From the NCBI GenBank assembly GCA_051942245.1, contig JAVECL010000084.1:1-57596 (forward strand): a stretch of DNA of 57,596 bases, given 5' to 3'. The notes beneath the pieces are model-generated. The model was not told the DNA's origin and made no database searches. It was given only the letters and a program-made list of their open reading frames with translations. A program made the translations under genes and the position numbers. This document shows positions 41,075 through 53,799 of this stretch, in pieces. This DNA comes from Trypethelium eluteriae. Its lineage: Eukaryota. The number at the start of each line of letters is the position of its first letter. Within the stretch, counting starts at the first letter, position 1.

Positions 41075-41570
41075 TGTTATAAGCTTATACCCCCTGGTAT
41101 AAGCACGGCTTATAGCAGGTACATAGAAGGGTCTCAGAGTTTTTCACGTAGGAGCGGAGTGTTAAGGATCCAATAATGTAAGAAGGGTTACTAAGCTTTG
41201 AACAACTTAGTAATAAATAAGGGCTTATTTAATTCGGCTTATAACTAATTATAAATACAGCTTTAGTATAATAACAGTAAAGTAATAAAACGCAAGAAGA
41301 AGAATAAGAGTGTGCTTAAAATTTAGTTCCTTAAATATTTATTCCTTCTCCATTACAGCCTTCCTTCTTGCTGGTGTTGCAGTAAGGAGGGCGAGATGTC
41401 GTCTCGCTCTCTGCGAGGTGAGATCTCGCTCATCTCGCTGCAAGATGGTTGAGGTGTCCGTGCCACGTCCTTGCTTACTTCTATTGTGAGACGCGCCCAG
41501 TGTTACGCGATTGGTGCACTACAAGTAGTGGCTACCTCCAACGCGTCCTTGGTTAGGAGCGTTCGTAACA
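41075..41570 (-). repeat. 5' LTR
   Basis: TGTTATAAGC...TTCGTAACA; differs from the other LTR almost entirely by transitions. Confidence 0.96.
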
Positions 41571-42547
41571 CCTGTGGATAAGGGGAATTATATTTAGGGT
41601 AAAAATAATAATTTTATTAAGTCCTAAAAGTACCTGGTTAGTATCTTTATTAAGAGTATGCATTATTACTTACCAGTTCTTATAAAATCTTTATATTGCT
41701 AATAAAGTTGTTTAAGGAAAAAGTAACCATCCAACCAGCATATATTAAAGCTATAATAAAGCTTAATTACTTATGCCCAAAAAGGCCTAAGGAATTTGTG
41801 TGTTTAATAAAAGATTACGCAATACGCAACCATACTTATAAAAAGAGAGCTTATGTACGCTGCAATAATTAAGGTAATAAAAAGAGCGGTTTTTAATATA
41901 TTACTAAAAGCTGTCCAGTATACAATAAAACCTAGAATAACCGCCACAGCCAGGATTTAAATAATAGCTAAGGCATGCAAATAATACTCTCCTTGGATAA
42001 AATAAGCATAATATAAAAGTACACCGGCTGATGCAACCGCTTAGGAAATAAAAATAAATATAATAACTCTAACTTTTAATCTTTACACTTATATAGTGCA
42101 CCTTTTATTAACCTTAAATATAGCCGCCTAACTTGCTGATAGCTACCCGCAGCCTGCATTTTTTTTGCTGCATAATTAAAGTAGGTACAAATCCGCCTCC
42201 TAGGTGGATTAAGGGATTAATAACTTTTTTTAAGGACATACTTTAAGTTAGGTTTAGCCTGGCTGGCGCAGCGGGTTAATTCTTTATCTCTAAATTATAG
42301 GCTACTAAGTAAGGCTGCAAAAACTTAGGATTTTACTTCGCCGCTTTACTTACTTACCTACCAGTAATTAGGACATGTAATAATCTTACCCAAGTATTTA
42401 AATAATCTGACATTATAAAGATAAATACTACTATTATTGCACAAACTTTTGCTGATAAGTAATTACTTTAGTAATGCCTACCATAAGTGCCTCTGCTAAT
42501 TAAGGACTGCAGTTGCTTGTAGTTTTCTAGACTAAGGTTGGGATCTC

Positions 42548-45500
42548 TATTATTATTATTTTTTTATAAATCTTTATCTGTTAAAAAATGTGCATACTTA
42601 GTGCTAATAATATTACCATGCTATTCACGCTGGTTGGTTCTTCCCTTTAGGTAATATCTCCCCATAGACTAATATAAGCAGATTATGTTTGCAGTAACAA
42701 TATTTTTATGCTTAATTTCTGTCCATTATGGATTAGGCTAATATATAAAGATCCTCTCTTTAAAGCAGCAAGCATAGGTTTTAAAGTGGGATTAAATTAT
42801 TTAGCCTTTTGGTATCTACTTTAGAATATGCTAATACTTAAATAAATTAAATATTAAATTGCTGCTGCTTTGCTATCCAAAGCAAGTTAAAGATTTGTTG
42901 CAATATTTTATTCTTATATTTGTTAGGATATTAGAGAGTACATAATACCCTTTTATTATTAGTAATTATTAAATGCTTAATAAGGCCAAATTACAGTTTA
43001 TATACTGGGTTTTTAATTATAGCATATAAGGCTGCTAAAATTGCTTTAAGTTTAACCTATGTTGGGTCCGGATTAATACTATAATTAAAACTAATTAAAA
43101 CTTAAAGGCCAAAAAGTGGTGGAGTAAAGATTCTTAAACCAGCATATTAATGCTTAATTAATCCATTTATATAAAAAGCTATTAAGTCTGGGTTATTGGT
43201 TATACTCTCTGCTACTTGGATTGCTTTATATTTATTTTATAATAAAATATTTAGCCCAGGTTGCTAAAGTAGTTTAATAAAGGCTGGGATTAAATTTACT
43301 TTTTTTAGGTCTATAGGTCTGTATCTAACTGCGGTTATTTTTAGTAATAATTAATAGCTCTTAATCTGGTTTAATTAATAAATAAGTAACCAGTTAACAT
43401 AGTATAGCAGTTTATACTAAAGCTATAACTAATTCCTCTGTATTAATTTATGGAGTTAATCTTGTGGGAGTTCTAATCCTACCTTAATTATTACTGCTGG
43501 AAGGGCTGCTAAACTAAACATCCTTATAATTATTGCTGCCCCAATTTTTATTGCTTAATTAATACAACCTTATACATGTATTAATAAGCCAGGAACCCAT
43601 ACTGGCGCTCCATAGTCTATAACCAGTGTGATTATAACTATAAATAGTTAGCAAGCTGCTTTAGGCTGTAAGCCTTAGAGTTGCCATAAAGCTAGCACTG
43701 CTTTCTCTCCTTATTTGGCTGCACGTGTTATATAAAAGTGGAATGTTAATCTTTAATCCAGAATTAGACCTAATAATTTAACTTCTTATTTTAGAGTAAT
43801 AATTAAGCCCTAGAACCTTATGCTATTTTTATCCTAATAGTAGCGGCTATTGCGCGAGAAGTAAATTAATTATATTTTATTGGGTTTAAATATAATACTG
43901 CTTATTTTGCTCTACTGCTTAATTAATAGAATAATTTCACTCTTAAGCTAATTAAGATTTCTACATATTATGGGACTTAAAACCCATACAGTAAAGTTAT
44001 TAATAAAAGCCATCTTTTTTAGGGTGCTTAAGAGTTTTTTATTTAACAAATCTGCATTATAAAAAAAAAAAAGAATAAGTAAAAATAGTAAGCCTTATAG
44101 TAGGCCTGCATAAGCAATATTTATAGTTTTAAATTCTATACTATTAATTATAACTAAAGCTTTTTAGTTAAAGCAGAAGTTATAACATAAATATATTAAT
44201 TATTATGGAATTCTCCTTATTTATAATTACTGTATTAGGATGTTTTTATAAATATTATTAAAGGCACCTTTTAAATTAAAGCTTAATAAAGTAATTAGGT
44301 GTTTACACTTTTAGGCTTAATAAATATTTTTAATAACTAACTGCAAGGCATTAATTATAAATTGTTGTTTCTGGGTACCAAAGTAATATTTAGGAAGAAG
44401 GCCATGGGTTTTATCTAGGTATAAAAATCTCTCTGCAAGGACTAATTCTAGTACTTTTCTAAGTGTGGCTAAGAGTAAGATTAGCCGGTATGCCTTTGCT
44501 AGCCTATAATTGCTTTTATTAGGTTTTTAAAAAGGGAGAATTTTAGCTAATCTCCATAGATGGGGGAAATATCCTATTTATATAATTGCTTAAAAAAGGG
44601 TAATAATATAGTTATCTACCTCTAGCTATAGCATTTTCTAAGCAATTGCTGGAAGACTATTAGGACCAGGAGCCTTATATAAAGCTGCCCTAAGAATTGC
44701 AGCATAAATTTCTTCCTTTAAGAGGTGCTCCTAATATAATAGCATTAGTGCGTTTTATTGTGGAATATATTCTTTAATCTGTGCTATTTAATTAAAAAAT
44801 TGGGTGATAAGTTCCTTAGAGATTCCGGTATTATCCGTATAAGGGCTGTTTAACATTTTTAGTGCTATTATTAAACCAAATTAACTTTTTTCTGCTGGAT
44901 AAAAATATCTTATGGCTTTTTAAATATTTTGGTTTAAGTCCAGAAAATTATCTTATTTAGCTCTTCTTTAGCATCTGCAGGTATTATGGAAAACTTTTTT
45001 AGCATCTTTAACTATTTTATTAAGTCTTTTATCACGTAAGTATCCGCGGTGTTGGGAGCAAGCCTTATTTTTTATCCGGGTAAATTCGCGTCTAAGCTAG
45101 CTAAGGTTTAGGGTCCACTATTATTTTGCATACAGCAATAGTTTAGCAGTAGATGTACACTAAAGTACCGCCTTCTGTATAATTTGGGTGAGACTGGTTA
45201 TAAAGCTGTTAATTTGTTATAGCGTATTCAGTATTGTGTCAGATAAATATAGCTATTAAAGGCCTTTAGCAGCTAACTAACCTGTATTATGCTAATTAGT
45301 ATTTCTAAATAGCCGTCTTAATTTATAAGAAGGTTTATAAGCATTAAGGGCAAACTGGGTTTTAATTGCTTTATAGTTTAATCCATAAGCTGTATGCTAT
45401 ATTTAGCATTTAGTTAGATTATTTATAAGGCTGTTTAATGTAAGTACTAGATTTATTATGGATCCTAAGTTGTGTGTAGCTATGCCTTGCGGGAGTAACA

Positions 45501-47520
45501 ATTAGAGGCTTAGCTGGTTAATACACTGGATGATCCTTCCTCCTTTGTCTTAATAGATCTTATCTCCACCCCAAAAATAGTTATAGCAATTAAAATTGCT
45601 GCTGATAAAAGGCTCCTGGGTAGGATACTAAGCATAAGTATCTTTAATATATTATAGGGCGTTATTTAAAATCTTATTATTATAATTAACTATCCCTTTA
45701 ATTAGCGGGATATATATTAAAAAGGCAAGACATACTCTATTCTTAATTTGGAATTCAATTGCAGTAATATCTTTTAAAGGAATATTAATTTATTATACTC
45801 AGAGAGATTAATTTATATAAATTAGGGTCTAAAATAGCCACTATGCTGCGTTATTTTAAGATAAGGGGACGTATTATATTTAATATGAGTGGTTTTATAA
45901 TATTGCCAGGAATCAGCCTTTACTTATTTTAAAACCGCCTGGCTCTTGAATTAATAGTATACTAAAGTCTTATATTGCTTTATTATTTAGTAGTGCATAT
46001 TAAGCTTTTTATTAATGCTAAAGATTAGCTTAAAGAATCTAAAGCGGTTTATAAATTATTTAATTATTTATTCTGGATTTATTATTGGTGCATAAAACAT
46101 GAAAAGGCTTGGCTGTAATAATTGCCGAAATAATTACAGCATCTAAGAGTGTTAGTACACAGCCGCGTATTATGCCCTTAATTAGTATAATTTAAGCATT
46201 ATTCTAGGTTTCTACAGTTTCGCGTTATATAGCTAAATTTACCACATTTCTTATATTGTAGCACTTATAACTCAAAAAATTCACCCATGCGGGCTAATGC
46301 TTTTTGGATTGCAATGTACCCTTTGCTAAGGAGGTTATCCTTCTTGTCCTATAAATTATATATCAGTACTAATTAGACTGTTTAGCGTTTTAATAATTAG
46401 CTAAAAAGTTGTATTGTTTAAATAAAAAGTCTATTTTTATTATTAATCTGGTCTAAAATATCTTTAAAAATAGTCTCTCCCTTATTAGGATTACTAATAT
46501 AATGCTTATTAACATCTGTAAGCTTAATCTTAAATCTTTCTTGTTTAATTAATTTAACTTATGCAAAATCCTTTTTTATTAAATTCTTTTATAGTTTTTT
46601 ATATTTAATTATTTGGGCTTATTATTTACTTATAAAGACAAAATTAACACATTCCTTTTGTCTTATTATTACTGTATTATATTTTGCTTATAATAATTTG
46701 GCTATAATTTAAAGGGCTTTATTTATTAGGTCCTATAATTCTTTTGCATCTTTAATACCTATTTATGTATCTTTAAGGTTTAAATTTATTATAAGAAGCT
46801 AGTGTTTAACTTAGGTTATGGCCCTTGCTAAACTTTAATTAAAAATAAATAAAAGATTTGGGCTTAAATTAGGAGGTGTTACTGCAATAATAGGAGGGAG
46901 CAGGTTGGGACTTAAAGTCGCAGAAGCATATAAGCAAGGTTGGGATATTGCTGGTAATAACAACACTGCCTTTTTAAGATTGCTAAGTATGCCCTTTACT
47001 TTTGTTATATTATTTTTTATTTTAGCTACTTTTTCTGTTAGATTCTTACATTCTTAAATAAGCACTTTATTGCCTTTAATTAATAACTTGTTTTCTTTTA
47101 TAAGTTTTTGGAAACCCTGCTTATAGCCTTAAGCCAGTTATTGTATCTACAAAAGGTAACATATTTCCATCTTTTGCAAGGTTTAAAGGACGTCCTTTAT
47201 GCTAGTCTCTTATTTCCTTAATGCCATAATAAGATTATGTTATTTTCTATTATTAGCCGCAATAATAAGGGCTTTAGCTGACAGTAATGGGATACATTTT
47301 AACTGTCGGGGATTAGATTGGGTATAGGGCGATTTGGGGCTTCTATTATATTTTCTAAGTACTATTTATCACTGTGCTAATGTAAGAGTTTAAACAAATG
47401 GCAAGTCGCGTTTTGTTGTGTTTTAGTGTTGTTCCTGTGTCTCTGTTGATGCTTGGGTACCGCGTCTCGCTACGCGTCGCCCTCACGGCGGTGGGATACC
47501 CACGCGGAATTCCGCGCAGA
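42548..47520 (-). mobile_element. Tad1-like LINE retrotransposon, RIP-degraded
   Basis: ORF1 CCHC knuckles (~46260-46100); endonuclease (LLIQEP ~45950); RT motifs back-corrected to KAYRPISLL, FDLKGAFD, GLPQGSP, AFIDD (~44500-44000); RNase H FYTDGS (~43170); (AAT)n tail at 42560-42548. 5' end approximate; no target duplication found. Confidence 0.9.
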
Positions 47521-48062
47521 ATTTCTAGTGCTTGCTACTACAGACAATAGTAACTAGACGCGTAGGTATCCTCCCCTTCGGTACTTCGTAGCTGAAGCTA
47601 GTCTGCTTTTGAGCACTATTTTACAGCAATGCCTATTCCATTGTATCAAACACGTCGTAATTTATCAAGCCATCTTTGTGGCTGCCACGCCTGTGGCTTG
47701 TACACCTGTGGCTCCCGCATGTGTGGCTGCCACGCTTACCCTTCTCGGTGAAACAAGATCACTTAAGCTAGGCTGTTGTTACTGCTAGCAAGACTGTGTT
47801 ACAGTTGATTTTGTGGACATTGGTGTTATTTAATAACAGCCTAGAACTGTACTTTTTAAAGAAATTATTGGGAATTATTTATAATTATAGGCACAACAGC
47901 CTTATAATATTCTATAGAATAAATAAGAACTAAGTAATAGGGCAATAATCTATTAATATTCTATTATATAGCAGAGAAGAAAGTTAATTTTTTACTTTAA
48001 ATAGTACAAAACTTGTGTAATTGCAAAGAAAATTATTATCTTTCCTTCTCTAAGATACTTCT

Positions 48063-50796
48063 TTACTATCTTGCAAAAAACTTCCTAAGTGTGGATATTC
48101 TGCTTAATCTTACTTATGCCAAAGGCTAGCCAAAGCTTATATTGTAAGTATTATTACTGGTTAATATAGCAAACTGTGGTTTTATATTTTAGTTGGAATT
48201 CCTTTTATTGCTATCCTTAATATTAAGGTCCTTAATATACTTAAAGGCCTACTTAATTTTAGAGACCTTTAATAAGTCCTTATAAAAAGTGGTAAGCACC
48301 TGCTTTAACAATTGTTATAAGGGATGTTGTTTATTTAAAGTAGCTATTTTAATTATAATAACATGCTTTAGCAGCTTAGCTGCTTTTTGTACCTATCCAT
48401 TGGCTTAATATGCTTATGCAAGCGCGTGCTGTAACAAGAGCCGGTTAGAGTTATCTTTAGCAAAATCTTGCTCTTACTATTTATATAACTCCTGCAACTA
48501 TAGGACAGCTTCTTTTATCCTCCTATCAGTGTATAAGCATAGTCCGACCTGGAGACATAACTTACTTCTCTCTGCTATCAGTCCGCCTAGCCCATCTTTG
48601 TTTATATAAGCTGCATGCAGTAGGTATTGTTGCTAGATCTTATAATTAGTGTAATTATATAACAGAAATGCTTATAAAAGGTATCTAACTGCCTTCTCTT
48701 TTATTTCAGTGTTATAACTATTATTAACTACCCATATCCTAATAGCTAAATAAACTAATTAATGCATGTTAGGTACCTTGCTACTATCTCTTCTTTTTAA
48801 GAATAAATATGCGTAAAGTGTGCCAATAGTATTAGCTATTTATAACTCTAATAGAATTAGGGGTAGGATTAAGACTAGAATTGCTTTTTATTTAATACAT
48901 AATAAGAACGCAAAAAGGTCTGCAGCTATATTATTATGTCTTAGAATCTGGTTAAATGTAATTATCCATATTTTAGTAACCACATTTACTAAGTCCTTAT
49001 ATTGCGTGCTATTATAAAATTCCTAGCTTAATATCATAATAATATCCTATTTTATATTCCGCAATAATTGCAGATATTTAAAAATAAAGCTCTTATTTAT
49101 ATTTATGTATACTACTACTTAAATAAGTGCTAATAGCAGAAAGTCCAGCTTAATAAGAAGTTCTATAATAAGTGTATTATTATAAGGTGGTTTCTTTTAT
49201 ATTAGTGCCTTTTTTAATAAAGTAACTGCTTTTTTACTCTCTATTTTTTTAACCTTAATAATATTACTGCTAGCAATTATTTATGCCACCTTTAAGTACT
49301 AAGTTATAAAAAGCATTAGACTATTATTACTTTATGGTAAGAAGTTTAATATACCTTCTGCTTATCCCGCTCTATTAAGCATCTCCATATTATCAGCATT
49401 ATTAATAATAAGCAGCTAATTGCCTGCTGTCTTTATGCTTAACTGTTCTTATACTAGCTTCCTAACGTCTTCTTTGCTATCCTATAATTAATATATGCCT
49501 AATGCTTTTGCAATCTTTTAACACACCTGCTTAAAAGTCTCCATATTTAAGGCAGGCACCCAAAAGATTAAGTATTCTGAATAGTCCTGCTTAATAGTGC
49601 GCGCAAATTATAATATAATTTATGTCTTGCTAATGCCCCCCAGTCCTATTAGCACTATCTTTTAACAGTCTTTATTCATAAGCAGCTTTTATTTTAGTGT
49701 ATTAAGCTTAATATTGCGACTAATAAATTAAGGATTTAGTAAGAAGGAAAGAACAAACTTTAAAGTCTAGCTTAACTCTACAACATATCAGTGTTATTAC
49801 ACAAGTAACCATAAGACTCTACCTACAGTAATTATACTAACCTGCGGTAGCTTCCTCCACCGTCTGCGTCTTAACAACATCTGCCATTGGTATCACCAAT
49901 AGCAGCTCCTTCGCATACGCTGCTGCTGTCCCTGCTGCATACCCTTGCCACTTCTTGTTCTTGTGTGAGTCAGCATAATCGCAGATTCGGATCACTAAGC
50001 ATAGGAAGTTGTTTATCAGACCTGCCGCTTCCAACTTAAAGCAGAGCACGCCTCTAAACTCCGAGTTGACCTGGTCTCTTTTGGTGCCATTTCTTATCAC
50101 CTGGTTCCCTAATGCAATTCTTTTATAATAGACTTTAGGTGTATTTTCTATCCGCGCCTCTTGCTGTAACCTCTTTGTATATTTGCATTACTTATAATTA
50201 TTTCCTTTAATATAATTATGTGTTCCCTTAAAAAGTATATTATTGCTTGCTTAATTGCGTGCAAAATTAGGCAGCTTGCTTATTTTTAGTATATAAGGAG
50301 ACAGATCCCTCTTACCTTAATTATAGTTTATTTATAGCTTAATAACCACACTTAGAAGTATTTAAGGTAAACTGTTAAGAAAGCCCATTTATTTAAACCT
50401 ATTTAATATTAATTTCTTAAAGTTATATTAAATAACCCTATTATAGCCCCTGCCTAGCTGACTGATTGTAATATCTCCTAATTAAATATCCGCATCCTTA
50501 CTTAGCACGCCGCCTTTAATCCCCATTATTCATCCGAATTAAATACTGCGGAAGGTGGACTTTATTTATATTACTACTCTTACAGCAAAGTTAGTGCTGG
50601 TCTATCCAGCAGGCAGGCACATAAGGATAATATTATGCAGACTAATGCGTTTATAGGTATAGATATTAGTATTATTAATAGCTTGGGGCAGGTCTTTATA
50701 CTACTTATTTAGCATCTCTTATGCTGCTGCCAGCTTAATGGATAGCGCGGATATCCATCCCACTGTGAAGTTGGTGGGTCTTAATAGGTGCGCTAT
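48063..50796 (-). pseudogene. Fungal NLR: PNP_UDP + NB-ARC + short TPR region, RIP-inactivated
   Basis: Exon 1 (50796-49841) PNP_UDP domain (FTVGWISAL..EAAGL..ICDYADSHKNKKWQGYAA); intron ~49840-49778; Walker A GLGGISKT* (from GLGGIGKTQ, ~49647-49621); Walker B back-corrected WLLIIDNAD; TPR-like QHALA*AY*ANG*VQKA. Start ATG mutated to ATA. Confidence 0.92.
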
Positions 50797-51300
50797 CTAA
50801 TTAACAGTCTAGTAGTAAATATAAAGGAAAGAGGATGTCAGAAGGCTGTTATATAAGAAAGCACTAAGGTCCAGCTTTATTGCAGTAATATTAGCCCTAG
50901 TTATCCTTAGCTTTGTGCTGGGCGACTTATAATTAAGCTCTTAAGTAGGCAGTAACGCGCATACTTAACTGGCTGCTAGAAAAAGCAAGAATAATAACCG
51001 CAATAACCGCTTATAAATTTAATATTCCGCTACCTGCTCATGCTTAGATTCGCCGGATAAAAGAGAATTAATATTTATAGATTTACATATCTAAACCAAA
51101 ATAGCTTATTATAAGTATTGCTAATTACTTATTTCACTAATAGCATCTAATAAGTTACTTAATTAATAAGACCTTAAATAATATAATAATATTTAGGCAA
51201 GGTGGAATAAGGCACTTAAAGCACTGTAAAGGGATACAAGAAGGCTTAATATTATATTGCCTTATAAAATTATTTATTTCCTATTCTTTATACATTAATT

Positions 51301-52977
51301 TTATACTATTCGCGCTATTAGGGTGATTTGCGCCCTACTTATTCCCTCTCTTGCTAGTGTGGATACAGCACTTATTTAAGCTACTTTAGGGCCCGGGTTT
51401 AATAGGCCTGGCTTTTGCCTAGTATGTCTATATTTTTAACCCTGTTTTTCTTTTTCCTTGCTTTTGGCTGCGTCCTTTATAATATGCTTAGCTTATACCT
51501 CTTTAAGTTTTTTATAGGTTATAACCTTCACCTTTCCTAAAACCAGTAACTTAATTATTTAGCAAGCTTTAGCTTTATTATTAACTTAATAAAGGAATTA
51601 GATCTGGTCCTGCTAAAGGGCATGTTTAGTAAAGTATAAGTGGGCAGCATTAGCAAGTTTTTATACATGCCTTTGTAAGCGCTATTTGCTCTTTTTATCT
51701 TCCGCATAAGCATTTTTTCTGATTAGGTTATGCAATAATATAAAAGCCTCTAATATTACTGGTGTCTAAACTATTTTACTTTAGGGCTAAACTTTAATTT
51801 TATAAGTCCCGCGAATAAGAATAATTACTTTATTTATTAATCTGGGGATATTTATAAGCACCTTATTAGGGTTAAATGGATACAGACCGCTTGCTCTCCA
51901 TCCAGCAATAATATTATTCTTAATAAATATCCTCTTTCTTGCAGGGCTGTATAAATAAGTAAAGTATTACTTACTGAATGTATTTATACTACTACAGTCT
52001 AACCATTCAACCTAATTATAATAGGCTGATTTTAGTAAACTAAATATGGCGGTATCATAAGGCTAAAGCTTGTGGGATGTGTAAAAGGGAAGACAACATA
52101 AAATAATATTATTTTTAATAGCGAACTGCAAAACCGCAAAGGTTTTATGCGTCCTAAAACCATCGCATATCAGAATCCGTGGTTTTTCATTAGCAAGTCC
52201 CTTAGTCTGGGGATCAAATACACGCATAAGCCACTCTAAGCTGATCTTAGAGTCAGTATATCCGGATTCAGAATACGCAAAGTGCCATCCAGGGGTGGGA
52301 TACATGGTCCAGTTGGCGCGATGGGTTGAAGCTGGCCAGATGATCATTGGATTCAGATGCCTACCGTCTACGCTGATACATTCGATCGCAGTTACCACCA
52401 TACGCTTTACACGAGCCCCCCTATATCCTCGGAGATCATCCTTACTGACGAGGACTCTGACATTGCCAAGCATACTTAACATCACTCCAGTCTCGTCCAT
52501 ATTATATACATTTTCTGGTAAGATGGCAGGATCCTGCAAAACTGGTCCAATGACCTCGAACCAGTGCACAACCTTGTCATATATATTGTATCGGTTCCAG
52601 TCCAGCGCCCTATTTCTTCTTGCTCGGAGTTCTGGGTGACGTTTCTCAAAAGCCCGACCCCAGTTCTTGCCCGGAGCTTTAACAGGCTTGGCTGTCATAG
52701 ATCGTTGGCGAGCAATACTGAAGGCCAGCGATGGTATGTACTTGACACGGACAGGCCGTCCAAGATCAGACATGTGCAATAAGAACCTTGTCATAGCTTT
52801 CTCCTCACATGGGCTAAGGTACTGCTGGCTCTGCGCTTTCTCTTCCATCGAGCGTCGGCCGTGTGCTCGGTGATGCAGTGTGGTACGAGCAACACCACTG
52901 CTTTCTGCTAGGGCACGGTATGTGCCGTGCACATCACAGGGAGTTCCTTGCGTCAATGCTTGACTTGCTCGGTCCAT
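51301..52977 (-). pseudogene. Fot1/pogo-like DDE transposase; 5' half intact, 3' half RIP-degraded
   Basis: MDRASQAL..YNMDETGV..LICDGF; the ORF ends at a RIP stop (L*PYD from LQPCD) but the frame continues through AGWRASGLYPFNP to ..ARIV* at 51301. No TIR pair found. Confidence 0.9.
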
Positions 52978-53799
52978 GTTGAGTTATTATGGAACCGGTG
53001 GCAGCGGAGCTGGTGTTTGTAGAATCGAGCAAAAACGCATGGATTTAGCACGAAGCGTGCCCAACACGCGAACTGAGGTGGGCATGAGCTTGACCCTAAA
53101 GAGGGACCTTAAATAAGGACCCGTTTATTTTTAGTCCCTCTTGAATTAGCAATCGCTAAAACCTCGTTGAGCAACAACTGGGTACATGCAGCAAGACTGC
53201 GACCAAGCGTGGGCACATTTCCAGGCGCGCGGCTCAGCCTCAACTTCATCCTTCACTTATTGGTAAGACGCCTGTTGACTAAAAGCAGCTATTTCGAGCT
53301 ATCTCATCAAGCGCTGCGAAATCAGAGTAGTGCTATGTCTTTAATAGTCCCACATGCATACCTTGGGACAGTACATTCACTGAGTTTACATGCCATTGTT
53401 GGCGGATAGTGTCGGTTTCTTCAATGAGGTCCAAGAGCGCGATATTTAAGCAGCGAATAGAGGAGTAGCGGTAGCTTGAATGAGGAAACGCGCGCTTGGG
53501 ACGCAGCTAAGTACGACTATTGTCTGCCAGATGGTCGGCGCTGCGACCTGCAGGACGGGGTCCGTTTTGGGTTCCCTTCTTCCTTCTAGGGTGTCGAGCA
53601 TCACCCGCATCCCGGGAGCCGCACTAGCCTGGGCGCGTTGCCGCCCGCTTGAGACCTCGAGCGCAAGCCGCCCAGCACAAGGCTGAGCAAGAGTAAGCAC
53701 GATGGCACGACAGCGAGGCTGAACCTCGTCGCTTTCCTACATGGCAGCCTTGCCTCAGACAATGTCCTATATATCTAACATCAAGCTCTCAAATATAAG

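Larger units (their letters stand above)
34891..41570 (-). mobile_element. Ty3/Gypsy chromovirus LTR retrotransposon, full length (6680 bp), RIP-degraded
   Basis: Two 496-bp TG..CA LTRs; CCTGT target duplication (34886-34890, 41571-41575); minus-strand gag with CCHC knuckle, RT (YLNN from YLDD, 38140-38129), RNase H, integrase (MDFITDLP, 36946), chromodomain (YLVKWKGY, ~36030); polypurine tract at 35403-35391. Confidence 0.97.
33511..42061 (-). pseudogene. Cytochrome P450 monooxygenase, RIP-inactivated and split by the LTR retrotransposon
   Basis: 5' part (42061-41571), back-corrected: membrane anchor, KFPGPFWARVTKL, LHQQYGDFVRTG. 3' part (34890-33511): FDIMGD, ETLRLHPP (~34025), FIPERW (~33805), PWGIGPYTCIG (Cys codon 33689-33687). 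The frame joins across the CCTGT duplication. Confidence 0.92.
1..52200. other. RIP-degraded AT-rich block
   Basis: TpA-rich, CpA/TpG-poor. In recognisable genes CAA/CAG/CGA/TGG codons have become TAA/TAG and GAY has become AAY. Normal composition returns at ~52.2 kb; 9613-11468 is an unmutated island. Confidence 0.95.

Noticed and set aside
47500..53200. Composite transposon carrying the NB-ARC NLR with the adjacent transposase
   Set aside because: No matching terminal repeats or target duplication found around the segment.
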